Origin: Candidatus Latescibacterota bacterium
Lineage (GTDB): Bacteria; Latescibacterota; UBA2968
Direction: 5' to 3'
Assembly (NCBI GenBank): GCA_965198115.1
Contig: OZ240241.1
Location: 4,064,001-4,128,000 of the forward strand
DNA: 64,000 nt
Below are positions 58,607 to 64,000 of this stretch, piece after piece. Numbering within the stretch: position 1 is the first letter of the stretch; each line of letters starts with the position of its first letter. Under the pieces are notes generated by a model. The model had not been told where the DNA came from. It searched no databases and saw nothing but the letters and a program-made list of their open reading frames with translations. The translations under genes and the position numbers were made by a program.

Positions 58607-60048
58607 GATGCTCTCGCTTCGCAGTCCTAGCAATCCTCCTCTACGCCTGTGGAACAGCACCTATACAGCGCGTCCCCGACAGCGTTCCGGTTCCCAAGAG
58701 GGACGCCGCGTACGAGACCCAGATGAGATCCGGGCGGTGGTGGACGGACTTCGCGGACCCCGCACTCGAAGACCTCATCGCCGAATCGACCCGCTCGAAC
58801 CACGACCTGATGGCAGCCGCCGCCAGAATGCGTGCAGCTGCTGCCCAGGCCAAGGCGGCCGGTGCCCCGCTGTGGCCCCAGGTCAGTGGCGGATTCAGCG
58901 GCGCACGGCAGCAGCAGGTCTTCGTCGGACTTCCGATCCCTGGTCAGACCGGCCCATTGAAGACCACTTCGACAAGCTACGGCGTCTCTCTCGACGTCAC
59001 CTGGGAGCTCGACGTATGGGGGCGCCTTGGCGCCGCCCGATCGGCCGCCCTCGCCGACCGGCAAGCCGCAGCCGCCACCTACAACGGCGCAAAGCTATCC
59101 CTGCAGGCCCAGACCGCGAAGGCCTGGTTCGCTCTTACGGAAGCCCGACTCCAGCACTCCCTTGCGGTGGCCACGCTCGAGAACTACGACACCTCCCTCC
59201 GGCAGATCGAGGACCGGTATCGACGCGGCATCCGATCGTCGCTCGACCTCCGCCTCACACGCGTCGAGCGTGCAACGGCGCTCGACCGACTTCAGCTGGC
59301 CGAACAAAGACTGACAATTGCCTCACGACAGGTCGAGGTCATCCTGGGTCGCTACCCCTCGGGCAAACTCGCCGCAAGCGTCGCCCTGCCGACTGTTGCC
59401 TCGACCGTTCCAACCGGTTTGCCGGCCGACATCATCTCCCGTCGCCCGGACCTGGTCTCCGCGGAGCGTCGACTCGCGGCCACCGTCGCGCGTGTGAAAG
59501 AAGCCAAGCGAGCAAGATATCCGCGGATCTCCCTGACCGGCTCGACCGGACGCACGAGCGACGCACTGTCCGGTCTGCTCGACGGTGACTTTTCGGTCTG
59601 GCGTGGCATCGGAAACATCGTCGCGCCCCTCTTCCAGGGCGGCCGGATCCAGGCTGGCATCAACCTGAGCGAGGCTCGGAACGAGGAAGCTCTCGCCCTC
59701 TTCGCCGCGCAGGTTCTGAACGCGTTCGCCGAGGTTGAAAACGCACTCGAAGCCGAAGGTTTCCTCGCCAAACGGGAGGCCGCTCTCGCAGAGGCGTCAA
59801 CCGAAGCGGGGGCGGCACGGTCGCTCGCCGAGGATCGGTATCGGAGCGGGCTGACCGATCTGATCACCTTGCTGTCCGCCCAGCGGGCGGCCTACACCGC
59901 CAAAAGCCAACTGCTCGTCGTCAGACGACAACGTCTCGACGCCCGAGTCAACCTGCACCTCGCGCTCGGAGGTGATTTCGTCGATCGAACGGATGTGCTA
60001 TCCACCATCGCAGATGGGCCAACGTCTCACGGAGCCTCAACGGAATGA
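58603..60048 (+). CDS. Efflux outer-membrane factor (NodT/TolC lipoprotein)
   Basis: Lipobox LYAC, WW..F.DP.L, WELDVWG, RRPDL..AE, PLF.GG. Confidence 0.94.
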   Translation: MRCSRFAVLAILLYACGTAPIQRVPDSVPVPKRDAAYETQMRSGRWWTDFADPALEDLIAESTRSNHDLMAAAARMRAAAAQAKAAGAPLWPQVSGGFSGARQQQVFVGLPIPGQTGPLKTTSTSYGVSLDVTWELDVWGRLGAARSAALADRQAAAATYNGAKLSLQAQTAKAWFALTEARLQHSLAVATLENYDTSLRQIEDRYRRGIRSSLDLRLTRVERATALDRLQLAEQRLTIASRQVEVILGRYPSGKLAASVALPTVASTVPTGLPADIISRRPDLVSAERRLAATVARVKEAKRARYPRISLTGSTGRTSDALSGLLDGDFSVWRGIGNIVAPLFQGGRIQAGINLSEARNEEALALFAAQVLNAFAEVENALEAEGFLAKREAALAEASTEAGAARSLAEDRYRSGLTDLITLLSAQRAAYTAKSQLLVVRRQRLDARVNLHLALGGDFVDRTDVLSTIADGPTSHGASTE

Positions 60049-61238
60049 CACTCAACCCGAAGATCCTGCTGCCAATCGCGATCATCGTCGGCGGAGGCGT
60101 GGCGGCCGCCGGCCTCATCGCCGCGCGATCGAGCGTCGAGACGCGACCACCTGAAACACCCGCCCCGTTGGTCCGAACGATCGTCGCTCGAACAGAGTCC
60201 GTTCAGCTCAAAGTACCCGCGCAGGGAACCGTGGCTGCCCGAACCGAGAGCGATCTCGTCGCCCAGGTCAGCGGCGAGATCGTCGATGTCTCACCCGCCT
60301 TCGCCGGCGGCGGCTTCTTCCGACGCGGCGACACCCTCGCACGCATCGACCCGCGTGACTACGAACTCGCTCTCGCGACGGCGCGCGTACAGGTCGCCCA
60401 GGCCCGTCTTCAGCTCGCCAGGGAACAGGAAGAGTCCCGGATTGCACGAGATGAATGGGAGCGCGTCGGCGAGGGTGAGCCGACCTCGCTCGTTTTACGG
60501 GAACCGCAGCTCGAGCAGGCCGAGGCAGCTATGGAGGCGGCACTGGCTCAGGTCGAACGCGCACGCCTGAACCTGGAGCGAACACGAATCCGGGCTCCGT
60601 TCGACGGCCGGGTTCGCTCCAAACGCATCGACGTTGGTCAGGTCGTCGGCCCGAATACCCCACTCGGGCGAATCTACGCGGTCGACTACGCCGAAATCGA
60701 GCTCCCCGTGCCGGATCGTCAACTCGCCTATCTCGATCTCGACCTGAGCTTCAGCGAAAGCGGCGAACTCGTCAGCGGCCCACCCGTCGACTTCATCGCC
60801 AGCTTCGCAGGAGAGCGGCGCTCCTGGCGTGGGCGGATCGTGCGTGTCGGTGGAGAAATCAACCCGGCCACGCGTATGGTGCACCTCGTCGCCCGCGTCG
60901 ACGACCCCTATGGCATCGAAGACGCGGATCCCTCGTTCCCCCTGGCTGTCGGTCTGTTCGTCGAGGCCGACATCATCGGAAAACGGGCGGATAACGTGAT
61001 CCTCCTGCCGCGCGCCGCCCTCCGGGGAAACGATCGCGTGCTCGTCGTGGAGGATGGTCGTCTCTACTTCCGACGGATCGAGATCCTGCGCGCCGACGAT
61101 GAGCAGATCGTCGTGACCTCCGGTCTGTCGACCGGAGAGCGGGTGTGCGTGTCTCCCCTCGCGGCCGTTGCCAACGGAATGAAGGTTCGGCTTGCCGACG
61201 ATCGACCGGCCATCACGGATGAGGGAGGCGTGGGATGA
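60045..61238 (+). CDS. RND periplasmic adaptor (membrane fusion protein)
   Basis: N-terminal TM, QVSGEI lipoyl half-motif, coiled coil, IRAPFDG. Confidence 0.94.
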   Translation: MTLNPKILLPIAIIVGGGVAAAGLIAARSSVETRPPETPAPLVRTIVARTESVQLKVPAQGTVAARTESDLVAQVSGEIVDVSPAFAGGGFFRRGDTLARIDPRDYELALATARVQVAQARLQLAREQEESRIARDEWERVGEGEPTSLVLREPQLEQAEAAMEAALAQVERARLNLERTRIRAPFDGRVRSKRIDVGQVVGPNTPLGRIYAVDYAEIELPVPDRQLAYLDLDLSFSESGELVSGPPVDFIASFAGERRSWRGRIVRVGGEINPATRMVHLVARVDDPYGIEDADPSFPLAVGLFVEADIIGKRADNVILLPRAALRGNDRVLVVEDGRLYFRRIEILRADDEQIVVTSGLSTGERVCVSPLAAVANGMKVRLADDRPAITDEGGVG

Positions 61239-64000
61239 AACGCGCCATCGCCTGGTTCGCCGAAAACAGCGTCGCAGCCAACCTCCTGATGGTCCTCATT
61301 CTCGGCAGCGGGATGCTCACGATTTCCCGGCTCCGGATGGAAATCTTCCCCGAGTTCGCCGCAGACATGATCACGGTCTCGGTACCCTACCCGGGCGCCG
61401 CGCCGTCCGAGGTTGAAGAGGCCATCTGTGTTCGCATCGAAGAAGCCGTCCAGGGTCTGGAAGGCATTCGAAAAATCTCATCGACCGCGAACGAGAACAG
61501 CGGCATCGTCACGATCGAAGTCGTGGCCGATTACGACATCCGACGTCTGCTGGATGACGTGAAGTCCCGAATCGACGCGATCGACACCTTCCCCGATGAG
61601 GCGGAAGAACCGGTCGTCAAAGAGGTGGTCCTTAGGCGGCAGGTCATCTACATCGCCGTATCCGGACAGACGGACGAGCGCAGTCTCAAGACGATCGGCG
61701 AGCGCGTGCGGGACGACATTTCCGCCATCCCCGGCATCACTCAGGTCTCGCTCACGAGTGCGCGCCCCTACGAAATCGCGATCGAAGTCTCCGAATCGAC
61801 CCTTCGCCAGTACGGTCTGACATTCGACGAGGTCGCGAATGCCGTCCGACGGTCGTCCATCGATCTCCCCGGTGGATCGATCCGATCCCGGGGGGGCGAG
61901 ATCCTCCTCCGTACGAAGGGGCAGGCCTACATCGGTCAGGAGTTCGGCAACCTCGTACTTCGTGCCCGTCCCGACGGGAGCCACCTTCGGCTCCGGGAAG
62001 TCGCGCGCGTCGTCGACGGGTTCGCCGAGACGGATGAATTCGCCCGCTTCGACGGCGAACCCACGGTTATCGTGCAGGTGGCCAGGGTCAGCGACGAAAA
62101 CGCCCTCCAAATCGCCGAAGACGTCAAGACCTACGTCGCCGACGCACAGATCAGGGTCCCCGAGGGCATCTCGCTCACCGTGTGGGCCGACTTTTCTCGC
62201 GTTCTCCACGGTCGCCTCGACTTGATGCTTCGAAACGGCCGGACAGGCTTCCTCCTCGTCCTCCTGTCACTCACGCTGTTTCTCAAGCTCAGACTCGCCT
62301 TCTGGGTCGCTCTCGGCATCCCAATCTCCTTCCTCGGCGCGATCGGGATGATGCCGTCTATCGACGCGTCCATCAATCTGATCTCCCTCTTCGCGTTCAT
62401 CGTCGTACTCGGTATCGTGGTCGACGACGCCATCATCGTGGGCGAGAACATTTACCGGCATCACCAGATGGGAAAACGCGGTCTGAAGGCAGCGGTCGAC
62501 GGAGCACAGGAGGTGGCCGTGCCCGTCATCTTTGCCGTCCTCACGTCGATCGCCGCGTTTTCTCCCTTGCTGCTGGTCCCGGGGATGATGGGCAAATTCA
62601 TGAAACTCATCCCCGAAATCGTCATCCTCGCCCTCATCTTCTCCCTGCTCGAATCCCTGTTCGTCCTCCCTGCGCACCTCGCCCATTCTCGCTTCCAGGA
62701 CGACGGGGACCAGCCGGAGACACGGTGGCGACGGTTCCAGAGTTTCTTCTCGACCGGTCTGAAGTCTTTCGTCGACACCAGGTACCGGTCCGCGATCGAA
62801 CGGGCGCTCGAATGGCGCTACGCGACCCTGGCCGCGGGTGTTTCGACGCTGTTGATCGTCATTGGAATCGTGGGCGGCGGATGGATCAAGTTCGTTTTCT
62901 TCCCTCAGGTTGACGCTGACAACGTCGTGGCGTTTCTAGAAATGCCTCAGGGAACGCCCGCGGAGGTGACCACCACAGCCGTCAAGAGAATGGAAGCAGC
63001 CGCCATCGAGCTACGCTCCGAAATCGAATCGGAATACGAGGACCCGGTCTTCCGCCATACGCTCGCCTCGGTGGGCGGGCAGCCGACAAAGGCCATTCAG
63101 AACCAGAACAGCGGCGGAACCAGCACCTTCTCCGCCGCGCATCTGGGCGAGGTGAACATCGAGCTGACACCCGCGGAGAACCGACCACTCGGAAGCAACG
63201 AAATCGTCGCCCGCTGGAGGAAAAAGGTCGGCGTGATACCCGACGCGATCTCGCTCACTTACTCGGCCAATCTGTTTTCGTTCGGAGACCCGGTTAACGT
63301 CCAGTTCTCCAGCAACGACTACGACGAGCTCGTGAGTGTCTCCAGGAATGTTCAGGACAAATTGGCGGAATACCCGGGCGTCTTCGACATATCCGATTCC
63401 TTCCGCCCGGGCAAGAAGGAGGTTAAGCTCAGGCTCACACGGGCCGCCGAAACTCTCGGACTGACGCTTTCCGACCTGGGCCGTCAGGTCAGGCAGGCAT
63501 TCTACGGGGAAGAAGCTCAGAGGATCCAACGGGGACGGGACGACATCCGTGTAATGGTCCGCTACCCCGCTGCCGAGCGACGATCGCTCGGCAATCTCGA
63601 AGACATGCGTGTCCGAACCCCATCGGGCGCCGAGGTGCCGTTTTCCATCGCTGCCGAGGCTGAATTCGGCAGAGGTTTCGCCAGCATTCAGCGCACGAAC
63701 CGACGAAACGTCGTGAACGTCACCGCTGACGTTGACCAGACCCAGGCCAATGCCAATGAAATCATTGCCGCGCTCGAAGCCGACGTCATTCCCCAGATCC
63801 TGGCCGACCACCCTCGCGTGCGTTACTCCCTCGAAGGCGAACAGGCCGAACAGGCGGAAACGATGCAGGGGCTCACGGGAAACTTTGTACTAGCCCTGCT
63901 CGTCATCTACATCCTCCTGGCCATTCCGTTCAAATCGTATCTCCAGCCGCTCATCGTCATGAGCGCAATTCCCTTCGGCATCGTCGGAGCCATCTGGGGT
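61235..64000 (+). CDS. RND efflux permease (AcrB/AcrD/AcrF family), runs off the window end
   Basis: Not in the ORF track; [52 protein letters not shown]. Confidence 0.95.
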   Translation, partial: MKRAIAWFAENSVAANLLMVLILGSGMLTISRLRMEIFPEFAADMITVSVPYPGAAPSEVEEAICVRIEEAVQGLEGIRKISSTANENSGIVTIEVVADYDIRRLLDDVKSRIDAIDTFPDEAEEPVVKEVVLRRQVIYIAVSGQTDERSLKTIGERVRDDISAIPGITQVSLTSARPYEIAIEVSESTLRQYGLTFDEVANAVRRSSIDLPGGSIRSRGGEILLRTKGQAYIGQEFGNLVLRARPDGSHLRLREVARVVDGFAETDEFARFDGEPTVIVQVARVSDENALQIAEDVKTYVADAQIRVPEGISLTVWADFSRVLHGRLDLMLRNGRTGFLLVLLSLTLFLKLRLAFWVALGIPISFLGAIGMMPSIDASINLISLFAFIVVLGIVVDDAIIVGENIYRHHQMGKRGLKAAVDGAQEVAVPVIFAVLTSIAAFSPLLLVPGMMGKFMKLIPEIVILALIFSLLESLFVLPAHLAHSRFQDDGDQPETRWRRFQSFFSTGLKSFVDTRYRSAIERALEWRYATLAAGVSTLLIVIGIVGGGWIKFVFFPQVDADNVVAFLEMPQGTPAEVTTTAVKRMEAAAIELRSEIESEYEDPVFRHTLASVGGQPTKAIQNQNSGGTSTFSAAHLGEVNIELTPAENRPLGSNEIVARWRKKVGVIPDAISLTYSANLFSFGDPVNVQFSSNDYDELVSVSRNVQDKLAEYPGVFDISDSFRPGKKEVKLRLTRAAETLGLTLSDLGRQVRQAFYGEEAQRIQRGRDDIRVMVRYPAAERRSLGNLEDMRVRTPSGAEVPFSIAAEAEFGRGFASIQRTNRRNVVNVTADVDQTQANANEIIAALEADVIPQILADHPRVRYSLEGEQAEQAETMQGLTGNFVLALLVIYILLAIPFKSYLQPLIVMSAIPFGIVGAIWG

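Overview
GC-rich bacterial chromosomal segment from a diderm organism (porin, TolC-type channel, RND pump). About a dozen 1-2 bp frameshifts in otherwise intact genes suggest an unpolished long-read or MAG assembly. Most of the window is metabolic or housekeeping (DUF72, sulfatase, Gfo/Idh/MocA, GMC oxidoreductase, TauD, mnmA, HDAC-family, pheA, aminotransferase, TetR-RND efflux). The standout is a ~15 kb minus-strand signalling island (about 10.1-24.9 kb). It holds an NtrC-type sigma54 activator, two stand-alone receivers plus a receiver remnant, and a UGA-recoded thioredoxin-fold selenoprotein (WASW-U-GC with a SECIS-like hairpin) that the ORF track truncates. It also holds three histidine kinases with near-identical transmitter modules but unrelated extracellular sensors (beta-helix, beta-propeller, periplasmic+HAMP), a porin, and a probable cytochrome c'-cupredoxin fusion. 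Three sigma54 -24/-12 promoters drive it, and one kinase is cleanly interrupted by an IS256 element. Other points of interest: an AibH1H2/PtmU3-like paired amidohydrolase-fold oxygenase with a Rieske ferredoxin, an ECF sigma factor fused to an Eis-like GNAT/SCP2 module, a DUF2089 gene paired with a degenerate sigma54-type AAA+ protein, a defective IS1380 truncating an MFS gene, and several families of short intergenic repeats. All calls come from reading motifs by eye; no database searches were run.
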